DNA of 64,000 nt from an uncultured Methanosarcinales archaeon (GTDB lineage Archaea > Nanobdellota > Nanobdellia > Woesearchaeales > CAZOXR01): the NCBI GenBank assembly GCA_964566535.1, contig CAZMIO010000003.1, forward strand, positions 89,153-153,152, in the 5' to 3' direction. The notes beneath the pieces were generated by a model that did not search any database, was not told the origin of the DNA, and worked only from the letters and a program-made list of their open reading frames with translations. Shown here in pieces: positions 34,556-44,191 of this stretch. The translations under genes and the position numbers were made by a program. How positions within the stretch are numbered: the stretch's first letter is position 1; the number at the start of each line of letters is the position of its first letter.

Positions 34556-37500
34556 GGATGTAGCTAACATCATCACAATTCCAATACAAAAGAATGGAGT
34601 TCCAGCTACTATCCAGGTTATTAACCAAACAGTAGCAGATACAGCATCTACTGCAATAACCAACATCTCAAACACAGCAGCAGATGCAGTAATCACCGTT
34701 TCAAACACAGCAGCAGATGTAGCAGTTAATACAACTAAAGCAGCAACAGTTCTATTAGGAATGGATTTCGGGAACCTAGATGGAAAAGCAGTAGCAATCA
34801 TTGGAGCAGGAATAGCAGTTGCAGCAGCAGGAATTGCATCAGCAATCGGAGCAGGAATTGTTGGTTCTACTGGAGCAAGAGAATCTGCAGAGGATCCAAA
34901 AAGATTTTCACAATCATTACTATTCCAAGCCCTACCTCAAACTCAGGGAATTTATGGTTTTTTAATAGCAATCCTAATCATGTTAGGCGCAGGAGTAATA
35001 GGCCCTGCAAAAGAAATAACTTTATCTCAAGGACTTGGCGCCCTAGGAGCTGGGTTAGCAGTTGGACTTGCAGCAGTATCAGCAATCGGTCAAGGGTTAG
35101 CCGCATCTGCTGGATTAGGAGCAACAGCAAGAGACAAAAAGATGTTCGGAAAATCAATCCTATTCTCAGTACTTCCAGAAACACAAGCACTATACGGATT
35201 CCTTGTAGCTATCCTTATATTAGTAGGATTCGGACTTTTCGGAACTGCACCAGTAGACATACCAATCGCAGCTGGTTGGGCAGCAGTTGGAGCAGGTCTT
35301 GCAATAGGTCTTGCAGGTATCAGTGCAATCGGTCAGGGAATCGCTGCAGCAGGAAGCATTGGGGCAGTCTTAGAAAAAAGCAAGGCATTTGGTAAATCAG
35401 TTATATTCGCAGTACTCCCAGAAACACAAGCCCTATACGGATTCATAATCGCAATCTTAATCCTCATTGGATTCGGAATCCTAGGAACAGCAACTACAGC
35501 ACTTTCATTTGGAGCAGCACTATTCACAATTGCAGCAGGATTAAGTGTTGGTCTTGCAGCAGTATCGGCAATCGGTCAGGGAATCGCAGCATCTTCAGGG
35601 GTAAATGCAGTAGCCTCAAATGACAAATCATTCGGAAAATCAATCCTATTCTCAGTACTCCCAGAAACACAAGCACTATACGGCTTTTTAATTGCCATCC
35701 TTCTTCTAGTTGGAGCAGGAATAATTGGAGCTGCAAAAGCAGGCATAACTACCCCAATAGGAGTCATTGCAATCGGTGCAGGACTTGCAGCAGGTATTGC
35801 AGGTATCAGTGCAATCGGTCAGGGAATCGCAGCCAGCGCAGGAATTAATGCAGTAAGTCAAAAACCAAAATCATTCGGAAAAGCTATTCTTTTCAGTGTC
35901 CTCCCAGAAACACAAGCACTATACGGCTTCCTAATAGCTATCCTCTTATTAGTTGGAGGGGGAATATTAGGAACAGCAAAGCTTGGAATTGAAATTCACG
36001 TTGGATTAATAGCAATCGGAGCAGGCCTTGCAACAGGTCTTGCAGCAATCTCAGCAGTAGGTCAGGGAATCGCAGCCTCATCAGGAATAGCAACAGTAGC
36101 TAAAGACGAAAAATCATTCGGAAAATCAATCCTATTCAGCGTCTTACCAGAAACACAAGCACTATACGGCTTCCTAATAGCAATCTTATTAATGGTAGGC
36201 GGAGGATTACTAGGTGCAATCAAATCAGGATTAAATATATCAACAGGACTTATTGCAATCGGTGCAGGCTTAGCAACTGGTCTTGCAGCAGTATCAGCAA
36301 TCGGTCAGGGAATCGCAGCCTCATCAGGCATTAACACAGTTTCAAAAAATCCAAAATCATTCGGAAAATCAATCCTATTCTCAGTACTTCCAGAAACACA
36401 AGCCCTATACGGCTTCCTAATAGCAATCCTACTAATGGTAGGCGGAGGAATAGTTGGAGCAACAACAACTGGATTATCATCCGGAATTGGATTAATCGCA
36501 GTTGGATGTGGTATAGCAGTTGGATTTGCAGCAGTCTCAGCAGTAGGTCAGGGAATCGCAGCCAGCGCAGGAATCAATGCAGTAAACGAAAACCCAAAAT
36601 CATTCGGAAAATCAATCCTATTCTCAGTCTTACCAGAAACACAAGCACTATACGGCTTCCTAATAGCAATCCTACTAATGGTAGGCGGAGGATTAGTTGG
36701 AATAGTCAAACAAGGAATAGACCTCCCTATAGGATTAGTGGCAATCGGAGCTGCCATTGCAACAGGAATTGCAGGTATCAGCGCAGTAGGTCAGGGAATG
36801 GCAGCATCATCTGGAATAGCAACAGTAGCTAAAGACGAAAAATCATTCGGAAAATCAATCCTATTCTCAGTCTTACCAGAAACACAAGCACTATACGGCT
36901 TCCTAATAGCAATCCTACTAATGGTAGGGGGAGGATTATTGGGTGTAATCAAAGAAGGCATAAGCATAGCTATTGGTTTTGTGGCAATCGGTGCAGGACT
37001 TGCAGCAGGTTTAGCAGCAGTCTCAGCAGTTGGTCAAGGAATCGCGGCCTCATCCGGTATTAATACAGTTTCAAGAAATCCAAAATCATTCGGAAAATCA
37101 ATCCTATTCAGCGTCTTACCAGAAACACAAGCACTATACGGCTTCCTAATCGCTGTACTTCTACTTGTAGGCGGAGGAATAATCGGAGTAATAAATCCTA
37201 ATATCAACTTACCAGTTGGATTAATAGCAATCGGTGCAGGACTTGCAACAGGTTTAGCAGCAGTCTCAGCAGTAGGTCAGGGAATGGCAGCAGCTGCAGG
37301 AGCAGAAGCAGCATCTGAAGATCCAAAATCATTCGGAAAATCAATCCTATTCAGCGTCTTACCAGAAACACAAGCACTATACGGCTTCCTAATAGCAATC
37401 CTACTAGTAGCTTCAGGAGGAATACTGGGAGCAGCAAAACCAGGCCTTACAGTACCGATTGGACTTGTAGCAGTTGGTGCAGGAGTATCTATCGGAGTTG

Positions 37501-37916
37501 CATGTTTGTCTGCTCTTGGTCAAGGAATCGCAGCATCCTCCGGTATCGGATCTATACTTGAAAGAAAGAATATTTTTGGAAAGTCAGTATTGTTCTCAGT
37601 ACTTCCAGAAACACAAGCTCTTTACGGAATTATCATATCCATACTTCTTTTGACAGGAGTTGGACTTTTAGGTACAATAAAATCAGGGATAACAATTACA
37701 CAAGGTATTGGTGGAATTGGAATTGGAATAGCAATGGGTCTAGCCGCAGTTAGTGCAGTAGGTCAAGGAATTGTGTCTGCATCTTCAATAGGTGCTGCAG
37801 TAAGAGACCAAAAATCAACTGGAAAAAGCCTAGTATTAAGTGTTATTCCAGAAACATACGCAATATTTGGATTATTAATATCAATACTATTATTGATAGG
37901 ATTAAAATTTATATGA
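34545..37916 (+). CDS. atpK: A-type ATP synthase proteolipid (c subunit), 13 fused hairpins in one 1123-aa polypeptide
   Basis: Thirteen tandem units of about 81 aa have the form GAGLA.GLAA.SA.GQG.A...KSFGKSILFSVLPETQALYGFLIAILL. Twelve carry the E of P-E-T-Q, and the first has P-Q-T-Q. The start is uncertain, either M at 34545 or MDFGNLD at 34758. Confidence 0.85.
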   Translation: MTIEDVANIITIPIQKNGVPATIQVINQTVADTASTAITNISNTAADAVITVSNTAADVAVNTTKAATVLLGMDFGNLDGKAVAIIGAGIAVAAAGIASAIGAGIVGSTGARESAEDPKRFSQSLLFQALPQTQGIYGFLIAILIMLGAGVIGPAKEITLSQGLGALGAGLAVGLAAVSAIGQGLAASAGLGATARDKKMFGKSILFSVLPETQALYGFLVAILILVGFGLFGTAPVDIPIAAGWAAVGAGLAIGLAGISAIGQGIAAAGSIGAVLEKSKAFGKSVIFAVLPETQALYGFIIAILILIGFGILGTATTALSFGAALFTIAAGLSVGLAAVSAIGQGIAASSGVNAVASNDKSFGKSILFSVLPETQALYGFLIAILLLVGAGIIGAAKAGITTPIGVIAIGAGLAAGIAGISAIGQGIAASAGINAVSQKPKSFGKAILFSVLPETQALYGFLIAILLLVGGGILGTAKLGIEIHVGLIAIGAGLATGLAAISAVGQGIAASSGIATVAKDEKSFGKSILFSVLPETQALYGFLIAILLMVGGGLLGAIKSGLNISTGLIAIGAGLATGLAAVSAIGQGIAASSGINTVSKNPKSFGKSILFSVLPETQALYGFLIAILLMVGGGIVGATTTGLSSGIGLIAVGCGIAVGFAAVSAVGQGIAASAGINAVNENPKSFGKSILFSVLPETQALYGFLIAILLMVGGGLVGIVKQGIDLPIGLVAIGAAIATGIAGISAVGQGMAASSGIATVAKDEKSFGKSILFSVLPETQALYGFLIAILLMVGGGLLGVIKEGISIAIGFVAIGAGLAAGLAAVSAVGQGIAASSGINTVSRNPKSFGKSILFSVLPETQALYGFLIAVLLLVGGGIIGVINPNINLPVGLIAIGAGLATGLAAVSAVGQGMAAAAGAEAASEDPKSFGKSILFSVLPETQALYGFLIAILLVASGGILGAAKPGLTVPIGLVAVGAGVSIGVACLSALGQGIAASSGIGSILERKNIFGKSVLFSVLPETQALYGIIISILLLTGVGLLGTIKSGITITQGIGGIGIGIAMGLAAVSAVGQGIVSASSIGAAVRDQKSTGKSLVLSVIPETYAIFGLLISILLLIGLKFI
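34830..37900 (+). repeat. intragenic tandem repeat with a period of about 243 nt and about 13 copies, encoding the c-subunit hairpins
   Basis: The string ccagaaacacaag recurs near 35175, 35418, 35661, 35904, 36148, 36390, 36634, 36877, 37120, 37360 and 37605. The central copies are nearly identical over more than 100 nt. Confidence 0.9.
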
Positions 37917-37919
37917 TGA

Positions 37920-38489
37920 ATGGTGATACAAATGAACGGTGCGCAAAATATAAAAAACAAAATTTTGGAAGAAGCAAAGATAGAAGCTGATAAAATATTA
38001 GCAGAAGCTAAACTAGAAGAAGATAAGATAGCTAGCAACAACAAAAAGGAAGAAGAAAACTACACAAAAAAAAGAGAAGACGAAATAGAAAAAGCAGTAA
38101 AACTCTTCAAAGACAAAACATTAGCTCAAGCTAGATTAAAGGCAAAAAGAGATTACTTAGATGAACGTGAAACAATTATAGAAAAATACATCAAAGAAGG
38201 CATAAAATCAATAAGCAGTTCATCAAAGGACTACCAGGAATATATGAAAAAAATCCTGACAAAAAACATAAAACTCCTTTCAGGAGAGATAACAGTTTTC
38301 TGCAACAAAAGTGACCAACCACTGGTAAAAAAGATTGTAGGGGATGAAGCAAAAGTAGAAACCGCTAGAATTACTGGTGGAGTTACTATGGAAGACTCAA
38401 CCGGAGTTAAAATTGACGAGTCAATTGAATCAAAGGTAGAAAGAGTTAAGGATACGTTAAGACAAAAAATAGTAAAGTCAATCGAGTAA
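37920..38489 (+). CDS. atpE: A-type ATP synthase subunit E
   Basis: It is 189 aa, with a charged helical N-terminus (ILEEAKIEADKILAEAK), and sits at the operon position after K. Confidence 0.7.
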   Translation: MVIQMNGAQNIKNKILEEAKIEADKILAEAKLEEDKIASNNKKEEENYTKKREDEIEKAVKLFKDKTLAQARLKAKRDYLDERETIIEKYIKEGIKSISSSSKDYQEYMKKILTKNIKLLSGEITVFCNKSDQPLVKKIVGDEAKVETARITGGVTMEDSTGVKIDESIESKVERVKDTLRQKIVKSIE

Positions 38490-38493
38490 AAAA

Positions 38494-39537
38494 ATGGATG
38501 TAACAATACCTTTAGTAATAGGAGCAGCAACTTTAGCAGGAGTTGTAGTAATAGCTCCAGTTACAAAGTACGCATTGGATATCTATCCTTTCCTGTATGC
38601 CAACACAAGGTGTTCTTCTAGACTAAGTTTTTTACTGACTAAGAAGTCATACGAAGAATTATTGGCATCAACAAGTAAAGATGAGGCTTTTGCTTTGCTA
38701 GAGGATTCCTATTATAGTAAGATTGTTGAACATTCAAAAGATTTTTTTTCATTTTCAGAATCATTAGAAGATGACGCTTACAATACTTATAACTGGCTTT
38801 CAACAATTGTACCTCCAGTTATAGCTCCAATAATCAATTCCCTAAATATGAAGTTCGAGATTAGTGAAATAAAAAAGATATTAAATGCATTAAAGGAAAA
38901 CAAGGATGTCGAAGAAATAAAGTTCATAAGTGACCCTGAGTTGAAATTAAAACTAGAGTCAGCAAAAGACTTCCAGTCATTAACAGTAGCATTAGAGGGG
39001 ACCCATTACAATGTAGTATTTCAGAATAAATCATTAGACCAATTAAGTGAACTCAATACTCAACTTGACAAATATTATCTTGGGAACCTTATTAGTACAA
39101 TCAATGTTGTTACAGACAAAAAGGCAGCAGAACCATTCTTGGAATATGCAAGGGTTCTTATTGACATGTTTAACATTAGAGCGTTGATAAGAGGGATAGG
39201 CGCAAACAAAAACACCGAGCTTATAGAATCTGGAAATCTAAACAAGGAAGAACTCACCGGGGTAACTGATATTGCTCAATTAGGATCAACACTAACTAAC
39301 AGCATATATGGGGAGTTCATTGGAGATATCAACAATTTGAATATTGAAAATGGATTCTATAAATTCTTTTTGAAACAAGCAGGTAACGTAGTAGCAAAAT
39401 ACACAATTAAGTCAGGTTCAGTTGTAAGGTTCATAATCATGAAAGAAATAGAAACAAGAAACTTAAATTCATTAATAAAACTAAAATCAGAAGGCTTCCA
39501 ACAGGAAAAAATAAGGCCTTTGTTGATGGTGGAATAA
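38494..39537 (+). CDS. atpC: A-type ATP synthase subunit C
   Basis: It is 347 aa and helical, in the operon position between E and F. Confidence 0.7.
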   Translation: MDVTIPLVIGAATLAGVVVIAPVTKYALDIYPFLYANTRCSSRLSFLLTKKSYEELLASTSKDEAFALLEDSYYSKIVEHSKDFFSFSESLEDDAYNTYNWLSTIVPPVIAPIINSLNMKFEISEIKKILNALKENKDVEEIKFISDPELKLKLESAKDFQSLTVALEGTHYNVVFQNKSLDQLSELNTQLDKYYLGNLISTINVVTDKKAAEPFLEYARVLIDMFNIRALIRGIGANKNTELIESGNLNKEELTGVTDIAQLGSTLTNSIYGEFIGDINNLNIENGFYKFFLKQAGNVVAKYTIKSGSVVRFIIMKEIETRNLNSLIKLKSEGFQQEKIRPLLMVE

Positions 39538-39538
39538 G

Positions 39539-39838
39539 ATGGACATAGCAATAATAGCAGATAAAGACACAATAATTGGATTCAAATTAGCAGGAGTAAG
39601 AAACTCAGCAGTATTCAACGAAAAAACAATAAAAGAAGACATAATAAAATTCAAAGAGTCTCATATTTTAATCTTGACAGAAAATATTGCAAAGACTGTA
39701 AGGGAAAACAAATTAGAAAAACTAATTGAAGGAGTGATTGTTGAAGTTCCTGATAAAAATGGATCAACAGGACTTGCAACAAACGAAATATCAAGATTAT
39801 TTGAAGAGGCAATAGGTGTAAAACTTAAAGAAAATTAA
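39539..39838 (+). CDS. atpF: A-type ATP synthase subunit F
   Basis: It is 99 aa, starting [20 protein letters not shown], which is typical of A/V-type F subunits. Confidence 0.7.
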   Translation: MDIAIIADKDTIIGFKLAGVRNSAVFNEKTIKEDIIKFKESHILILTENIAKTVRENKLEKLIEGVIVEVPDKNGSTGLATNEISRLFEEAIGVKLKEN

Positions 39839-39854
39839 CCTCGGAGGGATTATA

Positions 39855-41639
39855 ATGGAATCAAAAACAGAATCAAACGGAAAAATCATCAAAATTGCAG
39901 GACCAGTTGTAGTTGCATCTGGTATGGCTGGAGTTAAGATGTATGAGGTCGTAAGAGTGGGAAAAGAAAGACTTATTGGAGAAGTCATTGAGCTCTTAGA
40001 AGACAAAGCAACAATCCAGGTTTATGAAGAAACATCTGGAATTGCACCAGGAGCAGAAGTTGTAGCAACAGGATCATCACTATCAGTTGAATTAGGTCCA
40101 GGAGTCATCGGAAATATCTATGACGGAATCATGAGGCCTTTAAACATCATCCAGGAAAAGTCTGGAGAATTCATTGCTAGAGGAATTGAAGCTGACTCAA
40201 TTGACCACAAAAAGAAATGGCCCTTTAAGCCACTAGCAAAAAAAGGCGACAAAGTAACTGGTGGACAGATCATAGGAGAAGTTACAGAAACATCAATGGT
40301 CGTACAAAGAATAATGGTCCCTTCAGATGTTGAGGGGGAACTTACCGAGATAGTTGGTGAAGGATCTTATACCGTAAAATCAACAATAGCAAAAGTAAAA
40401 ACAAAAGATGGAGAAACAGAAATTAATCTGATGCAAAAATGGCCAGTTAGGATTCCAAGACCTAACAAAGACAAACAAGAACCATCAATCCCATTAATAA
40501 CTGGACAAAGAATATTAGATACATTTAATCCATTAGCAAAAGGGGGAACAGCAGCTATCCCAGGTGGATTCGGAACTGGTAAGACTGTAACTCAGCAATC
40601 ATTGGCTAAATGGTGTGATGCAGATATCATAGTCTACATTGGATGTGGAGAACGAGGAAATGAGATGACAGATGTTCTAAAAACATTCCCTCATCTAACA
40701 GATCCAAGATCAGGTAAACCATTATTAGAAAGAACAGTTATCATCGCAAATACATCAAACATGCCAGTGGCAGCAAGAGAAGCATCAGTCTATACTGGAA
40801 TTACAATTGCTGAATATTTCAGAGACATGGGCTATGATGTAGCATTGATGGCTGACTCAACCTCAAGATGGGCAGAAGCAATGAGAGAAATTTCATCTAG
40901 ACTGGAAGAGATGCCAGGGGAAGAAGGTTATCCCGCTTATTTAGCTACAAGACTTTCTCAATTCTATGAAAGAGCAGGCCGTGTCAAAACCTTAAGCGGG
41001 AAAGAAGGCTCAGTTTCAGTTATTGGAGCTATCAGTCCTCCAGGTGGAGACTTCTCAGAACCAGTTACTCAAAATACGCTAAGAGTTAACAAAACATTCT
41101 GGGCATTAGACAAGAGCTTAGCATCCAGAAGACATTTCCCGGCAATTAATTGGTTAAACTCTTATTCATTATACTTAGAAAGCGTAACAGCTTGGTTTAA
41201 TGAACATTCAGGGGAATCATGGAGAGACTTAAGGAACAAAGCAATGGAACTTCTACAAAAAGAAGAACAATTGCAAGAAATTGTTCAATTGGTTGGTCCT
41301 GATGCTTTACCAGACACCGAAAGGTTGATCTTGGAAGTTACCAAAATCTTAAGAGAAGACTTCCTTCAGCAAAACGCTTATCACGATGTGGATGCTTTCT
41401 GTCCAATCAGAAAACAGACTTTAATGTTGAAATTAATACTAGAGTTCTATGATATGGCACAGGCTGCATTAAAAGAAGGAGCTCCAATTGACTCAATTGC
41501 AGGAATGAAGATAAAAGATTCACTTGCAAGGATGAAAGAACATAGCAACGACACATTTGAACAACATTACGAGGAGTTGAAGAAAAACATGACAACAGAG
41601 TTTAGCCAGATTAAATCTGGGGGTGATTCAAATGAGTAG
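39855..41639 (+). CDS. atpA: A-type ATP synthase catalytic subunit A
   Basis: It has the P-loop [10 protein letters not shown], is 594 aa, and contains the non-homologous insert typical of A/V-type A subunits. Confidence 0.95.
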   Translation: MESKTESNGKIIKIAGPVVVASGMAGVKMYEVVRVGKERLIGEVIELLEDKATIQVYEETSGIAPGAEVVATGSSLSVELGPGVIGNIYDGIMRPLNIIQEKSGEFIARGIEADSIDHKKKWPFKPLAKKGDKVTGGQIIGEVTETSMVVQRIMVPSDVEGELTEIVGEGSYTVKSTIAKVKTKDGETEINLMQKWPVRIPRPNKDKQEPSIPLITGQRILDTFNPLAKGGTAAIPGGFGTGKTVTQQSLAKWCDADIIVYIGCGERGNEMTDVLKTFPHLTDPRSGKPLLERTVIIANTSNMPVAAREASVYTGITIAEYFRDMGYDVALMADSTSRWAEAMREISSRLEEMPGEEGYPAYLATRLSQFYERAGRVKTLSGKEGSVSVIGAISPPGGDFSEPVTQNTLRVNKTFWALDKSLASRRHFPAINWLNSYSLYLESVTAWFNEHSGESWRDLRNKAMELLQKEEQLQEIVQLVGPDALPDTERLILEVTKILREDFLQQNAYHDVDAFCPIRKQTLMLKLILEFYDMAQAALKEGAPIDSIAGMKIKDSLARMKEHSNDTFEQHYEELKKNMTTEFSQIKSGGDSNE

Positions 41640-43008
41640 TATAATAGAATATTCAAGCATAAAAGAAATCGCAGGACCGTTGATGATAGTTGAAAAGGTA
41701 AAAAACGTTGCTTACGGTGAATTAGTTGAAATAAAGATAGGAAAAGAAAAAAGAACCGGACAAGTTCTTGAAGCAAGAGACGACATAGCAGTTGTTCAGG
41801 TGTTCGAAGGAACTAGGGGCCTTGCAACAAAAGGAGTAACAGCAAGATTCACTGGGGAAACAATGAAGGTTGGCTTAAGCAAAGATGTTATTGGTAGAAT
41901 CTTTAACGGAATTGGAAAGCCAATTGACAAGGGTCCTGAAATCATAGCAGAAAAGAGAATGGATGTTAATGGACTAGCAATAAATCCAACTGCAAGAGAA
42001 TTCCCAGAGGAATTCATTCAAACAGGAATTTCCACAATTGATGTGATGAACACATTAGTGAGAGGTCAAAAACTTCCATTATTCTCAGAAGCGGGACTTC
42101 CTCATAATGAGATTGCAGCTCAGATTGCAAGACAGGCAGCTGTTAAGGGAAAAGATAATTTTGCGGTAATATTTGCAGCAATGGGAATCACTTTCGAAGA
42201 AGCAAAATTCTTCATGAATGACTTCGAAAGAACAGGAGCAATTGAAAACATGGTGGCTTTCATCAACCTAGCTGACGACCCAGCAATTGAAAGGATCATT
42301 ACACCAAGAATCGCCTTAACAACTGCTGAATACCTAGCTTACGAAAAAGACATGCATATCTTAGTTATTTTAACTGATATGACAAACTATTGCGAAGCTT
42401 TAAGGGAAATTGCAGCAGCTAGAAACGAGATTCCTGGAAGACGTGGATATCCTGGATACATGTATACTGACCTAGCAATGAACTACGAAAGAGCTGGAAA
42501 GATACACGGCAAAAAAGGATCTGTAACTCAGATTCCTATATTGACAATGCCGCAAGGGGACATTTCTCACCCAATTCCAGACCTAACTGGCTACATTACA
42601 GAAGGACAGATTGTAGTTTCAAAAGAACTACACAGAAAAGGAATCTATCCACCGATAAATCCATTACCATCTTTATCTAGATTGATGAACGAAGGTATAG
42701 GGGAAGGAAAAACAAGAGAAGACCATTCTGGAGTTTCTAACCAGCTTTATGCTGGCTATGCAGAAGGAAACGACTTAAGAGACTTAGTAGCAGTTGTTGG
42801 AGAAGAAGCACTGTCTGATAAGGATAAAAAGTTCTTAAAGTTCGCAGAAGGCTTTGAAGACAAGTTCATAAGACAAGGTAGAGATGAAAATAGGGACATT
42901 GATTTATCCTTACAAGTTGGATGGGATTTATTCAAGTCATTACCTGTCGAAGAATTAAAGAAACTAGACTTAAAGCACATTGAAAAGTTTTTGAAGAAAC
43001 AAGCATAA
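41623..43008 (+). CDS. atpB: A-type ATP synthase subunit B
   Basis: It is 461 aa and homologous to A/V-type B subunits (..[18 protein letters not shown]..). It overlaps the atpA 3' end. Confidence 0.95.
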   Translation: MIQMSSIIEYSSIKEIAGPLMIVEKVKNVAYGELVEIKIGKEKRTGQVLEARDDIAVVQVFEGTRGLATKGVTARFTGETMKVGLSKDVIGRIFNGIGKPIDKGPEIIAEKRMDVNGLAINPTAREFPEEFIQTGISTIDVMNTLVRGQKLPLFSEAGLPHNEIAAQIARQAAVKGKDNFAVIFAAMGITFEEAKFFMNDFERTGAIENMVAFINLADDPAIERIITPRIALTTAEYLAYEKDMHILVILTDMTNYCEALREIAAARNEIPGRRGYPGYMYTDLAMNYERAGKIHGKKGSVTQIPILTMPQGDISHPIPDLTGYITEGQIVVSKELHRKGIYPPINPLPSLSRLMNEGIGEGKTREDHSGVSNQLYAGYAEGNDLRDLVAVVGEEALSDKDKKFLKFAEGFEDKFIRQGRDENRDIDLSLQVGWDLFKSLPVEELKKLDLKHIEKFLKKQA

Positions 43009-43012
43009 GAAC

Positions 43013-43642
43013 ATGGCGTCTCAAATAAAAGCAGCAACACGAATGGAATTGTTAAGGCTGAAGAAAAAAGTAGCTTTAGCTGGAAAAGGACATAAATTGC
43101 TGAAAGAAAAGAGAGATGCCCTAGTTTCTGAATTCTTCAAATTAATCGACAGCCTAAAAGCAATAAGAAAAGAAATGGAAGACAAGATTTCAGTTGCATT
43201 CAACTCTTTAATCATGGCACAAGCAATTTCTGGTGTTGGAGAAATTGAACGTGCAGCAGACTCCACAAAAGAAGTGGGAGAAATAGAATTCAAACCCAAT
43301 AACATAATGGGAGTTAAAGTTCCTATTTTTAATTTTAAGAAGGCTGAAACAACAATAGCAGATAAAGGATATTCTTTGTTCTCAACATCTTTAGAGTTAG
43401 ACACTGCATCAAAGAACTTCGAAGAAGTTCTAAATATAATCGTAAAGCTAGCAGAAGCAGAAGCAACAGTAAGAAGACTAGCAGAAGAAATAAAGAAAAC
43501 CAAAAGAAAAGTAAACGCTTTAGAAAGAATCTTAATCCCAAGACTAAATGACGATATTGTATATATTAAGATGCGTTTAGAAGAGATGGAAAGAGAAAAC
43601 TTCTCAAGATTAAAGGTAATTAAGAAGCGTATTTCAGAATGA
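43013..43642 (+). CDS. atpD: A-type ATP synthase subunit D (central stalk)
   Basis: It is a 209-aa coiled-coil protein starting MASQIKAATRMELLRLKKKVALAGKGHKLLKEKRDAL. Confidence 0.85.
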   Translation: MASQIKAATRMELLRLKKKVALAGKGHKLLKEKRDALVSEFFKLIDSLKAIRKEMEDKISVAFNSLIMAQAISGVGEIERAADSTKEVGEIEFKPNNIMGVKVPIFNFKKAETTIADKGYSLFSTSLELDTASKNFEEVLNIIVKLAEAEATVRRLAEEIKKTKRKVNALERILIPRLNDDIVYIKMRLEEMERENFSRLKVIKKRISE

Positions 43643-43788
43643 AACCAATCCCCATCTGGGAAAAATGGATAAAAAACCCAGAACAAAGAGAAAAGCTATT
43701 CAAAGTCATCTTCTTCTTAATGATTTTAGTTAACGTAATGATTGTAGTTGGATTTTTTCTGTTTGTTTGTTTTATGTTTAATAGGTAA
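43639..43788 (+). CDS. small hydrophobic ORF (49 aa) overlapping the atpD stop, absent from the ORF track
   Basis: The protein MKPIPIWEKWIKNPEQREKLFKVIFFLMILVNVMIVVGFFLFVCFMFNR has a single TM helix. The ATG at 43639 overlaps the atpD TGA. Confidence 0.25.
   Translation: MKPIPIWEKWIKNPEQREKLFKVIFFLMILVNVMIVVGFFLFVCFMFNR
43751..43778 (+). terminator. oligo-T tract at the end of the ATP synthase operon
   Basis: The sequence gattttttctgtttgtttgttttatgttt is a T-rich run, and archaeal terminators are oligo-T tracts. It is followed by a gap of about 70 nt before the next gene. Confidence 0.3.
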
Positions 43789-43850
43789 AACAATCTTTAA
43801 ATTATATATTATAATAAACTTTATATTGACTGGCCAGTTCCACACTTACA

Positions 43851-44171
43851 ATGAATGAGGCAAAAAAATACTCAGTAATCGGAGGTTTAGCCGGAGTAGT
43901 AACTTTGGCCATACTAGATTTTACAATAGTTGGGAACGGATTAGATATGGATACAATCAGAACATTTGGTGCTAGTAGCATACTTGCAGCTTATACACTT
44001 GGCTCGGCGGTTGGAGGAGCAGCTTCAACCTACAGAGAACAAGCAAGAATTAGAGAATCAGGGCAAGGTATAGGCACATATTCACGATCAGATGTTCCTT
44101 TTATACTTGGAAATTCAACTCTATCGCTGCTTGGAAGTTATGCTACATATGCTAATAAATTTGGATTATAA
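43851..44171 (+). CDS. small Gly/Ala/Ser-rich membrane protein (non-host composition)
   Basis: It is 106 aa with 3 Lys and two hydrophobic segments. Confidence 0.3.
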   Translation: MNEAKKYSVIGGLAGVVTLAILDFTIVGNGLDMDTIRTFGASSILAAYTLGSAVGGAASTYREQARIRESGQGIGTYSRSDVPFILGNSTLSLLGSYATYANKFGL

Positions 44172-44191
44172 GGGAAAAGTTATTCAACAAC

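Noticed and set aside
34978-36757. Several ORFs of 60-70 aa on the minus strand, and a 108-aa plus-strand alternative-frame ORF, inside atpK (for example 34978-35190, 35333-35527, 35524-35736, 35576-35767, 36506-36832, 36548-36757).
   Set aside because: They are by-products of the in-frame tandem repeat. They recur with the repeat period, have low-complexity Leu/Gln-rich or Arg/Asn-rich translations, and lie entirely within a well-supported gene.
34830-37900. A periodic 243-nt repeat array that could be mistaken for a CRISPR or satellite array.
   Set aside because: The units are about 243 nt, far longer than CRISPR repeats of about 25-50 nt, and contiguous without unique spacers. They are in one reading frame encoding c-subunit hairpins, and there are no cas genes.
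43021-43686. A 221-aa ORF antisense to atpD.
   Set aside because: It is fully contained opposite a clearly homologous ATPase D subunit in its correct operon position. Its low-complexity Ser/Phe/Ile-rich translation is typical of an AT-rich antisense frame.
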